Shown here one piece after another: positions 44,461 through 56,082 of a stretch of DNA of 64,000 bases. Position numbers and translations under genes: made by a program. The notes beneath the pieces are model-generated. The model was not told the origin of the DNA. It made no database searches and worked only from the letters and a program-made list of their open reading frames with translations. Source of the stretch: Tubulanus polymorphus (lineage: Eukaryota > Animalia > Nemertea); assembly GCF_964204645.1 (NCBI RefSeq), contig NC_134029.1:19772950-19836949 (forward strand), read 5' to 3'. The number at the start of each line of letters is the position of its first letter. The stretch's first letter is position 1.

Positions 44461-46988
44461 CTAATGCATTCGAATGAACTGTTCGAGTTTATGAGTAACA
44501 TGACCTTGGTAAGGGATACTGTGGCGGACTATGACACTGGCGGCGAGGCATTGCAAGTTGATGTAATTCAACGGCGACGCGACGTCGTAGATCGTAGCGT
44601 TGCGCATGAGTTGCATCGGCGTTTTATGATCGAGGTTGCACGTGTCGAGGTGCGCGCCGCTCTTCAACAACACGGCCAGGATATCCGTGTCGCACGGCTG
44701 ATTGACGGCCGCCGCATGCAGCGGCGTGTTCGCGTCGACGTTCGCCTGGTTGACGTCGGCGCCGACCTCGATCAGCAACGCGATCACCGCCGCGCACGGA
44801 AAGTTGCACACCGGGTAACGCCCGACTTTGGAAGTGTCGCCGCTGCATGCCAGGTGCAACAGCGAGTTCTCTTTCACGCCTTTTGGATTCAGATTCACGA
44901 CGTGATACATGAGTTTCTTGAACGCGAACAATTCGTCGTCGGTCATCGCGTCGTTCATTTTACACAACAACGCCACGATGTGCATGATGATCACCAACAA
45001 GCGATTGAAATTATTCATATCTTTTTCGCTGGTCGTCGTCGTCGACGAAAGCTTCGCCAGGTGACGAACGCCCTTGTCGAGTTCGTCGGCCGCTTTCTCC
45101 AACACGACCATCAGATCGCGGAACGACAACGTCGCCACGCCGCCGAAGTTCGCCGCCGCGTTGTGCGTCATTATGAACGAGAACAGCTCGGCGAACGACA
45201 GGAAGCTGCTCTGCGTCATCGGGTTCAACGGCTCCAGACTCTTCTGCTGCATGTCCAACGCGTACATCCACAACGCAATGCACCGATCGAAGTTGCCCAT
45301 GTCGGCGTAGACGGCGCCGCGGTAGCGGATGTAGTACGACGTGTCGGGATGCGCCGGGCCGAGTATCCGCTCGCGCACCAACAGCGCTTGCATGCGCATG
45401 TTATCCGAGTCGGCCATCGCCGCGTGTAAATCGGCGTTCGTCGTGAACTCCTTCACTTTCTCGTACGCGGCGATCGAGTCGCGCGGCGCCCGTTTGACGA
45501 GTTTGTTTTTGGCGTTCGACGCGTCGTCGCGCTCGTTCAACGCGCGTTTCCAGTACTTCAACGCGCCGACCATGTCGCGTTTTTTGTCGACGTACGTTGC
45601 GCCGAGCAGCTCCAACGCGTCGACCTTCTCCTCGAGCGTGCACTGCGCTCGCGAGATGAGGTACTCGACGATGTTCATGTGGCCAGACACGCTTGCCGCC
45701 AGCAGAGGCGTCATGCCGTACGAGTCTTTAGTCATCACGGCGTTGTGTTCGATGAGCAATTTCAAAATCTCTAAGCTTCCGGATTCGGCGCAATCGTGCA
45801 GCGCTGTGTTGCCTGAAATAAGCCAAACACAAAATGTACATCAATCATATTTTGCTAAGCTTTTTGTCGGCCCAAAGCATTGTTGGATCTATTAAACCAT
45901 TTCAGTGCACATTTAAACCATTTCTACATCGCACCGCAGTGTATATATCGATGATGGACTTTGCTAGTACACTGCATCATGCTGTGACGGTGTATTGATG
46001 TTTTCCTTAGGCCCTAATTAGTTTGTATCTCTATTGATAGATGGCAGCACCTGTCAAACATTTAAGCATTAGAAACTAACAATACATCGTAACGCAATGA
46101 AGTGGTATGCTCATAATACAACACACTGGTCTGGAGTGGTATTTTTCAAATCGATTTTTTTACCTTTCTAAAAACCAGTTGGACTAGGGAATCCAGGCAT
46201 TCATAATCTGTAGGGATTTTAACATCAAGGAATAGGTCAATTGAAATCAAAACACAGAACCATAAGAATATTCCAGAGCTGATGAAGCCCAATCAGTACC
46301 ATCCTCACTTGCAAGGGTTTGATTGCGAGCATGAATCAGGACCAGCTTTGGCGTAATGTAAGGAGATAAGTCAGAGAGTAGAAAAGATTATTAAGAATTC
46401 ATCAATTTTCGGCGTGATACCTTTTGCGCTTTTACGGTCGACGTTCGCCTTCAGTTCGAGCAGATACTTGACGATCTTGTTATGACCTTTGTAGCACGAG
46501 ATCATCAAACACGTGTGACCGTGTCGATTAGCGATCTCGATATCGGCGTCGTTCTGTATGAGATATCGCACGACGTCGTAGTGCCCGTCAAAACACGCCG
46601 CGCGTAGCGGCGTCGAATTCGTGTACGTCGTTTTGTTCACGTCGCTGCCGTGGCCGACTAAAAGTTTCACGATCTGCAAGTGACCGGCCGCCGCGGCGCA
46701 CCACAACGGCGGAGCGCCGTCGATCGTTTCGCCGTCGAACGTCACCGATCCAGCGAGTTCGATTTCCGCTTTACAAGATTCGATCAGATACCGCGCCGCA
46801 TCCAGGTGGCCGTTTTTGCAAGCCATTATCAGCGGCGTCGCGCCAGCCGTTTTGGCGTTGACGATCGTTTCTTTTTCGATATCGTCGCGGTGGTCCAGGT
46901 AGATTTTCAGTCGCTGTAACTTGCCGTCTCGGGCCGCGTTGTAAACGACGGATTTGAAATCCATTGTCGTCGACGTTGAAGATTCCAT
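44461..46988 (-). CDS. FEM1C: Protein fem-1 homolog (FEM1A/C-like ankyrin/TPR CRL2 substrate adaptor); exons 46421-46988, 44461-45812
   Basis: MDFKSVVYNAARDGKL, ETIDGAPPLWCAAAAGH, NSTPLRAACFDGH, K|GNTALHDCAESG, MQALLVRERILGPAHPDTSYYIRYRGAVYADMG, LQCLAA. Start at 46988 or 46964. Confidence 0.95.
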
Positions 46989-47616
46989 TTCGATGCGGTA
47001 AACAGTCAAAGGGATCAGATTTCGGGCATTTTTCTTGTCTTTTCCTGCCCCGTAAATTTTCTTTTCTCTGAGTTTGCGGAACGGCCGCGTCAGGTTCTGC
47101 CTCATTTCAGATCTTCACTTGCCACAAGTGGAATCCTCGCGTGCCACAGTAGCTTAAGGCACGAACGGGCAAACTTTCTGTATGAGCTATTGACGTTTCT
47201 TCCACCACTTATTTTAAAGATGAATTTTTTTTTATCCCATTTCAATTTTTATCTTTGAAAATAAGGACTATTAAGTCATTATGTAGTTGATTATTGCGAA
47301 CGTCGTTTCGCTTAGACGTTTAAATTGTATGGTATATTCTGATAGGTTCAATAAATAACTACTAGACTTGTTAACTCTTTGGAAATAGAATTAGATTATA
47401 ATGTATAAAATTGATAAAAAGTCAATTATTTATGTAACGTTAAGGATAATTCAGTTGATTGGCTTTGTTATAAATCCTTTAAGGTTATCCAGGCCAGGAA
47501 TATATTCTTAGGTTTACTTAGATTATGTACATGGCCCAACCCAACCTTACCAGGAAATAAATATGATTTTTTTTCGATTGCTGATGGAATCATAAATAAG
47601 ACTATTGAAGTCAATT

Positions 47617-50600
47617 ATGAGCTGGCACGATATATTTCAATCGTTCTTTGGTTTACCATCTGGATTTAATTCACCAGACCTAGGGGCAGAAGGGTAAGCC
47701 TTGTTAAGTCAAAAAAGAAAAGCTGGCCAGAGGCAGAGTTAAAAAAACAGTTAAAAGGAAGGGGTTATTTTAACACCTCATGGAAACCCTAAACCCTAAA
47801 CCCAATAAAATGATTTTATTGTTCCATAATATGTGGATCCGGCAAAATATCTTTTATAGGTCCGTAACTGGATCCGGCTTAATAACCACTTCCTTAAAAA
47901 AAACAATCAATCTCCCAGCAGCCAGCAACCCTGAAACTAGTCAGTAGTAGGCCTAACCTGACTGTGCTGTGGTTTAGTTTCACTATCGGATATTTTCACA
48001 AACCACATATAAGCCCATACGATTATAAAAAGCTTACCACCAACGATTAGGTAACTAATAGTTAGTTACCTAATCGTTGGTGGTAAGCTTTTTATAATCG
48101 GATGGGCTTATGTGGTTTGTGAAAATATCCGATCGTGAAACTAAACCACAGACAGGTTACTGACTAGGTAACTAACTACCCTGAAACGACTATAACCTAC
48201 CCTGTAGTTTATATATGTGACAAAGCTGTGTTGCGTCAGTGACGTTTGGCTCGTATTTCGCCATTTATAATTTCAATGTTTCTCCTATTTCACAGGTTCG
48301 ATGGTGGAGGAGAAGGATTAAATGATGAAGCCAGCTTGTATTCCAGATTCCACTCATCCGATGAAATCGACAGAATGTTCAGGGTCTTCGATAATATGTT
48401 CAGCAATTTGAGAATCGACGATTCACCTTTATTTCACAGTTTACCAAATATTGCATCAGGTACTTCATGAAACTTGAGCATTTTCCGATTTGCTAGATCT
48501 GTTATTATAGGCCTACACTTCTGAGCCTTTCATATTACCCTGGTAGTCAGAATACTAAGATTACCCAGAACAATGACTAGATAGGCCAAACTTCATATTG
48601 ATTTTTGTCCTGACTTAATATCATGAGAAAAGTCATGATTTCAATGGAATTCTTCTTGAGCCTGACAAAAAAGTTAAACTTCAGTTTCAGAAAAGAGTTG
48701 TTGAAAATTGTTGTCCCCATTGAAATCATCGAACCTATAGCCAATAGCAATCAAACTCAAAATTTGAGTTAAACTTTTTCATGAAAAACTGAACCCCCGG
48801 GTACCAAATATTATCCCTCTGTGAGTATCGATAAAGTTGCAAAAATGTTCTTAACGTTTGCACCATTTTTCATTCCTTCAAATGGAATAATTCCAGATGA
48901 TTCGATGAATTCTAGTCCTGAAGATGATCGACCCAACAGCAAAGAATCACTGCGAGATCGAATGTTGAAAAAGCCAGATTCTGAAAGTCGACCATTTTCC
49001 AATAATTCTGATGTAAGACTCTATCATTGCTTATTCAGGGGCGGATCTAAGGTCTGATTCAGGGAGGGGTGCACCCTCACAATAGGGCACCCGATCAGAA
49101 CTCATATTTTGAGAAAGAGAAAAAAGCTTAAAAAGAATTCAAACTGTTTAGGTATCAGTAATGAGGTGCACACCCCTCCACCCTACCCTGGGATGCGCCC
49201 CTGTTATTTTTACAATTATCAAAGTTGATTTCTATATTTCTTCGTTTTAAATTCACAGATCTTCACATTTGATTTTACAACTCCTCGATGGACTGGTGAA
49301 TACAGTAATGAAAAAGGCGACCAAGGTAAGCATCATCAAAGAAATGTAAGAAACATTCTTAGCCGTACTAATAGAATCATCAGAAAACTTACCTACCTAC
49401 AGTCAACATATAATATAATGTCGATTAGTGGTTTAGGGTTCTAGCAGTTAAGACAGAATGGTGGGGAATTTTGACTACCGGTAGTTCCAAGACAAAATAG
49501 AGATGTCCCTTTCTCAATAAAACCCTGCAGTAGGCTGGTGGCAACATATCAATATAATATGATATATATGTTGATAGAAAATGCGTGATTAATTCATCGT
49601 CAATATAAACGACTTTGAAGTCTCTACTGGTCTGACAAGTTTACTTATTCTAACTTAATTAAATATAATTGGCTTGCAGATTTAGATGAAAAATACCTCA
49701 AAGAAAAAGATTTAAGCAAGTTATTCAAACGGGAAGGAAATCGAGAAGTCGTGAAGCGGCAGCCATCCGATTCAAATCGTCGTACAAATGACGATGATAA
49801 TGGATTTTTCAGCATTCACGTGAGAAAAAGTTGGTCATCGAGTGAAAACGTACGTGATCGAAAAACCAAAAAGCATAAATTACTAGTAGACTGTTCCAGA
49901 CTCGGTAACATTGGGATGAAAATTTTCGCATTGAGAATTAGGGAATCATGAGGACTTCATTCTCATTTAAATGATTTAGGGAATTTTACTGTAAAATTTC
50001 CTGACTCGAGTGCTTTCCTGATTTGACCGGCACCGAGTAAGGCATAGTCTACAGGGTCCAGTTCCACAGTTCTGAGTTAAGATTTGACCCTGGGTTAAAA
50101 CATTGAAAATGAACTAACTTTAACTCAGAGTTAACTCTAACTCACAACTGTGGAACTGGGTCCTGTATATCAGTAATACTGTTTCGCTTTTCATATTTGA
50201 TTATTGGTATTTTTTTCTGTTATCGCGAAACCTAGCAGTTTATGCTGCGATATTTGTGCAATGTTAACGATTTTTTCTTTTAAATTCCCTCGACCCACTG
50301 ATAGCCACGCAGGGCATTATTAGCGGATTCGATGTTTCTTTTTCCGAATCGGGGAGAGCATCTGGCATTATTACCTGGATTCGTTTGATCCCATAAACCC
50401 TGAATCGACGAGACCGGCGGCTTAATAAACCACTCGGCTACTGCACTTCTCTCTGTTAACTTGTCATTACACATTCTCGATGCTTCCCGATGTGCTACGG
50501 TTGCCGTTCAAATGATTTCTCAGTAATATGATCTAATTATTGTAGGATGTAACGGAAGAACAGGAGACGATACGTAGAGGTTTATTTCGACGGTCGGAGA

Positions 50601-50705
50601 AGATAGTTACGCGGCGCGTCGGCGATCGGATACACACGGTTCGTACGTACACGGACAAAGACGGCGAACGCAAAACGGAAGAAACTTTCACCAATATAAA
50701 CCCAG
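47617..50705 (+). CDS. HAX1: HCLS1-associated protein X-1-like (exons 47617-47693, 48296-48459, 48897-49012, 49259-49325, 49680-49849, 50546-50705; last exon unresolved)
   Basis: MSWHDIFQSFFGLP (cf. HAX1 MSLFDLFRGFFGFP), SLRDRMLKKPDS (cf. TLRDSMLKYPDS), DQDLDEK, IVTRRVGDRIHTVRTYTDKDGE; phases consistent. Confidence 0.78.
47937..48168. repeat. Long near-perfect palindrome in HAX1 intron 1
   Basis: ~90-bp arms centred on ttaggtaactaa-tag-ttagttacctaa (~48060), with outer ctagtcagta/tactgactag. Confidence 0.9.
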
Positions 50706-53086
50706 GTGAGTGACGCTCCCAGTAGATGAGATGAATACATCGAAAATCGAACCGCGGGGCCTGGTTTCCAAACAGGGACTTCTGCAAGGGACGCTGCAAG
50801 CAACGACCAAATTTAAAGTTTTATTAATGAAGAGATGTATTATATTGGGCCAATAAATCTATAGAAAATGTTGAAAATCTCATTGGAGAAAGAATTCACA
50901 GAAAAAAACAAAACAATCAAATTCTTGATCCAAGATTCTTGGTTCTTGATACTTAGCACCGGGGTATTTTATGAATGAAATTTTGATCATGTTATAGGAC
51001 TTATGCATTTTATGGGAAGCTAATTCGCGATTAAATTCAGAGATAATTCAAATAAGTTGATTTTTTTCGCTAATTAGCTTTAGTGAAACAGATTTAATCA
51101 GTGAGTTAACTAATGTGAATTAGGCATTTTTAGTTTGAATTATCACTTAATTTGAATTAAAATTTAACCCCCATTTGTGGTCAGATTGATTGATGTGAAA
51201 AATTCTGAAGAATGGACATCTGCTTGAAAAATTGTTAAAGCTCCAAGTACAGTGTCTGTCAAAATATTTCGATTGTCTCTTTTATGCCGAATACCATTGA
51301 CCTCAGAATTTATGCACAAGTTGTGATTGAATTTTGAGAGATTTCATTTTGATTTATCAAGATTGTGATCAGAGTAACTGATCATGTTATTGTACCTTAC
51401 TAAATGTGACAAAAATGTGAAACAGCGGGAAAAAATGTGTGAAAAATATAGGTTTTGGAAAAATGTGAAAAAGCTAATTAGGCCTATTAGGATGTGATAA
51501 AAGTGGAAATTCTAGAGTCCATCAATTTAACCACTGAAATCGGTGATCGCCTATTGATTCAAGGCTCAGGTTATACAATCCTAGTAGAGAGTATCTACCA
51601 GTTCTCAGGATACGAGATCCTCCATTGTCAGTATTCTGCATCAAAGTTTGGTATCCATTGGATACTAGGACCTAGTTTTCCTTGGGTTAAGTTTCAAATC
51701 AAGAACACGCAGGAAAGAATTGGATAAAACATCTTCCAATGATGAAAGTCTATTGTATTCTTTCGGGATCATTTCAATTTTCAGGATTCCAACAAAACAT
51801 TTAGTACCCTCGAGATACTGGGATACTGCCAAAATCAAACCTCATGACATACGGTAGATGCACTTGAGTTTGGAAAAGTAAATGTGTGGCTTAAATCTCA
51901 AAAATAAGCACCGGTATTATAAGCTTGAAATATGTTCGGAAGAAAATGCTAAATTAGCAATTGTGTAATGAACTTCATCAAAATTAGCCTAGACTAGCAA
52001 ATATGTGTATGGTATGGGTAAAAAAACTTTTTGAATATTTGCATGCATGAAAACAACAGGGTCAAAAACTAAGCGCACACCGTTGTTAGAAACTATGCGC
52101 TTAGTTTCTGAACCCGTAAACATTCTTCCATTGCAGGATAGTAAAGAAATGGAATTCCTCTTTACAAGTTTCACATTTAACTCTGCCCGTCTGATTAACA
52201 TATAACTGTTGAAATTGCAAATAGGGCCAATATGAGAGCTTTCACTGAACGGTAGAAAGGAAATTTTTATCTGGTTAGCAGGTCAGATTTGCCAGCCAGT
52301 AGAATATACATGTTATCGTGCGACCCCCACTCGGTGTGCTTAGCAACAGATGATAAAAGCGTTGAACCTGAATAGAGCTGTATGGCAGATATCACTGGCA
52401 GCCAATCCTGAACAAACGGAACAGATGAATTGTAGTTCGCCAGCTCAGTTGATTACAGCAGCTTCATATTCGCAATTAATTACGCTTGAACTGTTTTTGG
52501 CCCGAACCTCGTGATCCGCCAGTTCTATTGATCGACATTATCAATACTGATTAGAATTGCGGTGGTTCGCTTATAAATATCGCGATCAAAACAGGTTTAT
52601 AGTCATACAAATCTCGACTTCGAAGAGGCATCAACGACGAAGTGTTGTGAAGATATCAGTTATTACGAGGTAATCATAATATCTACATACATTAATACGT
52701 ATAATTTGAATCAAAAGCTCACTGTAAAACAGTGTTAATTTCCAATTCTTTTATCACTGCTTAAATCAATTACGCAGTGATACCTATTTATTTTGCGAGT
52801 GTTTTTTTATGCTGAGGTAATACACTTGTGCAGAAAAAAAAATACCTTGTTTCTCCAATTTGGCGGAGTCGTTTTGTAAACTGAAATATTATTTGTGATC
52901 AGTTCATTTCTATAACTGCCGGGGGTGTTGTGGTTAGCTTGATCGTAATCCCACAAAATCCCACAATGAATCCGAAGGGATTGTTGCACACATTTCATGT
53001 AAAGCTTTATTTGTGTGACGAGAAAGTTCCTAATCGAGTCGTATATTTTAAGATATCTTAAGATCTCTTGTTTTTGCAGAAAAAGA

Positions 53087-54583
53087 ATGTCGCGGGCGGT
53101 ATTACTGCTCGCGTTCGGCGTTATCGCCAACTCGGCACTCGGTTACGCGGCTGAACGCAAGCCGCACGTCGTCTTCATCGTAGCAGATGATCTGGGCTGG
53201 AACGACGTCAGCTGGCACAATCCGGATATGATCACCCCGAACCTCGAGAAACTAGCTCGTTCGGGCGTCATATTGAATCATACGTACGTGCAGCACTGGT
53301 GTTCGCCGTCGCGAAGCGCTTTTATGTCCGGCTATTTTCCGTATCACACCGGAATGCAACACAACGTCATCCCGAATGCCGGACCGTACGGATTGCCGCT
53401 GAATCTGACCATCTTGCCGCAGTACATGAAAAAGGCCGGATACGCTACGCACATGGTCGGCAAGTGGCATCAAGGATTTTGCAAATGGGAGTACACTCCG
53501 ACCGAGCGCGGGTTCGATTCATTTTACGGATACTACGTCGCGCGCGAGGATCACTACACGCATTCCGACCGCGATCCTCACGGATTCGAAGGCTTCGACT
53601 TCCGCGACGGAAAGAAACCGGTGACCGATCTCGGCGGAAAGTACGGCACGGACGTTTTCGCGGAACGAGCCGTCGACATCGTTAGATCTCACGATCGCTC
53701 GAAACCGCTGTTCCTGTATTTGCCGTTTCAAAACGTGCACGGCCCGGTGCAAGTTCCCGAGGCGTACGAAAAGAAATACGAACACGTGCACAATCGCATG
53801 CGTCGAAAATACAGCGGTATGGTGACGATCCTCGACGAGGCTATCGGTAATGTTACCCGCGCCCTCGAAGACGCCGGCATGTTCGACGATACGGTTATTA
53901 TATTCACAACGGACAACGGCGGTCAACCACTCGCCGGCGGAAATAACTGGCCGCTCCGAGGCGCGAAAACTACGCTTTGGGAGGGTGGCACGCGCGGAGT
54001 AGCTTTCGTGCGTAGTCGGATGTTGAAAAAATCGGGATACGTCTACAACGGCATAACGCACGCGTCCGATTGGTTCCCGACTATTCTTTCGATTGCAGGC
54101 ATGACGCCACCGGCGAACATCGATGGACGAAACATTTGGAAATACTTGAGCGACGATACGGCCAGTCCGCGTGACGAGTTCGTTTACAACATCGACGAAC
54201 TGTTGAAGAACGGAGCTATTCGGAAGGATCGATACAAGCTGATCGTCGGTAACCCGGGACATCTGAATTCGTGGTACCCCGTGCCGAGATTCGACGACCG
54301 TTCGGAAGCGCTCGCGAACGAGAGGTGTATGCATTTGCATTACGAATGCGCCGATACGACGAAGGCGCTTCGATGGAATTTCGATCGAGTCAAACTGTTC
54401 GATATCGACGCCGATCCGACCGAGCATTTCGACGTTTCGAAGACGTATCCGGAAGTTACCGCAGCTCTCGTCGAAAGATTCAAGAAGTATTTAGAAACGT
54501 TGATACCCGGACACCCACACGCCGAAGCGGAGCGAGCAAATCCTAAATATTACGGCGGATTTTGGAGCCCTGGCTGGTGCTAG
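53087..54583 (+). CDS. ARSB: Arylsulfatase B-like sulfatase, single coding exon, with signal peptide
   Basis: MSRAVLLLAFGVIANSALG; PHVVFIVADDLGWNDV, CSPSRSAFMSG (formylglycine motif), GKWHQG, DNGG, NNWPLRGAKTTLWEGGTRG, C-terminal WSPGWC. Acceptor tttttgcag lies just before the ATG; TATA-like tataaata at ~52572. Confidence 0.92.
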   Translation: MSRAVLLLAFGVIANSALGYAAERKPHVVFIVADDLGWNDVSWHNPDMITPNLEKLARSGVILNHTYVQHWCSPSRSAFMSGYFPYHTGMQHNVIPNAGPYGLPLNLTILPQYMKKAGYATHMVGKWHQGFCKWEYTPTERGFDSFYGYYVAREDHYTHSDRDPHGFEGFDFRDGKKPVTDLGGKYGTDVFAERAVDIVRSHDRSKPLFLYLPFQNVHGPVQVPEAYEKKYEHVHNRMRRKYSGMVTILDEAIGNVTRALEDAGMFDDTVIIFTTDNGGQPLAGGNNWPLRGAKTTLWEGGTRGVAFVRSRMLKKSGYVYNGITHASDWFPTILSIAGMTPPANIDGRNIWKYLSDDTASPRDEFVYNIDELLKNGAIRKDRYKLIVGNPGHLNSWYPVPRFDDRSEALANERCMHLHYECADTTKALRWNFDRVKLFDIDADPTEHFDVSKTYPEVTAALVERFKKYLETLIPGHPHAEAERANPKYYGGFWSPGWC

Positions 54584-56082
54584 ATTTGAGGCGATGCGTT
54601 AAATTTTGTACATATTTTTTCTATTAAAGTAATGAACTTTTAAAGGATCTTATGAAAATGCTTAATTTCATTGCTAAATGCTTAATTTCATTTTATCGTA
54701 CCTAAATAAATGCCGGATTAGATTTTTTCAACCTCAATTTAAACTGTATCACTTTAGACTTTGTAAATGGTCAAGACTATTTCCAGTCTTGGTGAATGTC
54801 ATTGGGAGAAACCCACAATTCGATTCAAACATTTTTAGCCCACTTGGGACTTAAGTCCCAGCGACTATTGCGTTCACTTTTCGTCCGTCAGTAGATGGAA
54901 TCCAGTTATTTTGGGAAGTTTTGAAGACGCTTCAATGTAATGACTTGATATTTTGGTTACACATATGTATTTCTACACATGAATACATTACACATGTATT
55001 CCCCTAGTTTTCCTCCAAAAAGCCTTGAAGATGGGTGGAAGGATTTCATTGAAAATGTAAGAAAAAAACTATCACAGTTGTTGAAATTGATATTGTAGGT
55101 TTCCCACAAAGACTAGCATTGGTGATTGGAATTGCACTTCAGTGGTTGTTATTTAAAATCAGTGGTTGTTATCTGAAATCATTTTTCCTTGGAAATGAAG
55201 ATAGCTTTAATAAAAAAGTTGGGAATTGTTGGGAAAGTGTTATTAATTCTACTTAGTCGGGAATTTTAAGTAAAATTCTCGAATTTTCCAGTACGGTTAA
55301 GGCGGTGAACACAACAAAACTCGCTTCTCAAAAAAGAAGTGTTTCTCAAAAGATCCGTTGTCATATGAGCCTGTCATTGCGCTGATTAAACCTATCGTTT
55401 TATCGTTTCAGATGAAAAGAGCAGTTTTAACAACTTTTTCAAAAAGCAAGAACCTTTCAATAATGGAGACAGCATGCCACGATTCGGATCTAGACTTTTG
55501 GATTGGTTTTTCAAAGATCGATAATTTTATTATAACAAAAAAATACAATATACACATCGTACAGATAATGTATTTAACGAAACATTATTTCAGTTCTATG
55601 TAATAGAATTTAGGAAATTTCATCGGAATCCTTTAATGATTTTATGCTGCATATGCTTAGAAAAATACTTAAATCCCGTACAATTTGGAAAATCAATCAA
55701 CAGCAAAGCAATATGAAGGCACCATAGTTTTACTCCTATTTAAGAAATAAAGTGTTGTTACTGAAAATAAATTAATTCATCGTTCTCATTTACAATTTAT
55801 CATTTGCCAAGTCAGGCAAAACAATTTTCTCATTCAAACAGCCGAAACAGGACAGGACGGCCTCTTACCCGGAAATGGGGAATTTTCATTTCCTTAAAAA
55901 AGTCGGGGATAGGCGAGGAATTTTTTTTAGAAAAAAAAACAACTCGGAAACGGAAATTTGTTGAGCTTGCTAGATCACGTGTAAAATCTGTGCAAACAGT
56001 TTCCATCTATGTTTCACATATTTTACTAAGCTAATCTTAAACTCCAAGATTAATCTATATTCACTTTAACGTGGGCGTTACT

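Noticed and set aside
44464-45895. Long plus-strand ORFs opposite FEM1 (also 53519-54427 opposite the sulfatase)
   Set aside because: Antisense shadows caused by codon bias.
46989-47105. N-terminal extension of the FEM1 ORF (MRQNLTRP...)
   Set aside because: Homology begins at MDFKSVVY; the extension is more likely open 5' UTR.
50860-51860. Candidate last exon(s) of the HAX1-like gene
   Set aside because: Several possible acceptors (~50865, ~51785), none with convincing homology; left unresolved.
53015-53086. N-terminal extension of the sulfatase ORF
   Set aside because: Begins at a non-ATG codon and crosses a splice acceptor; the signal peptide starts at ATG 53087.
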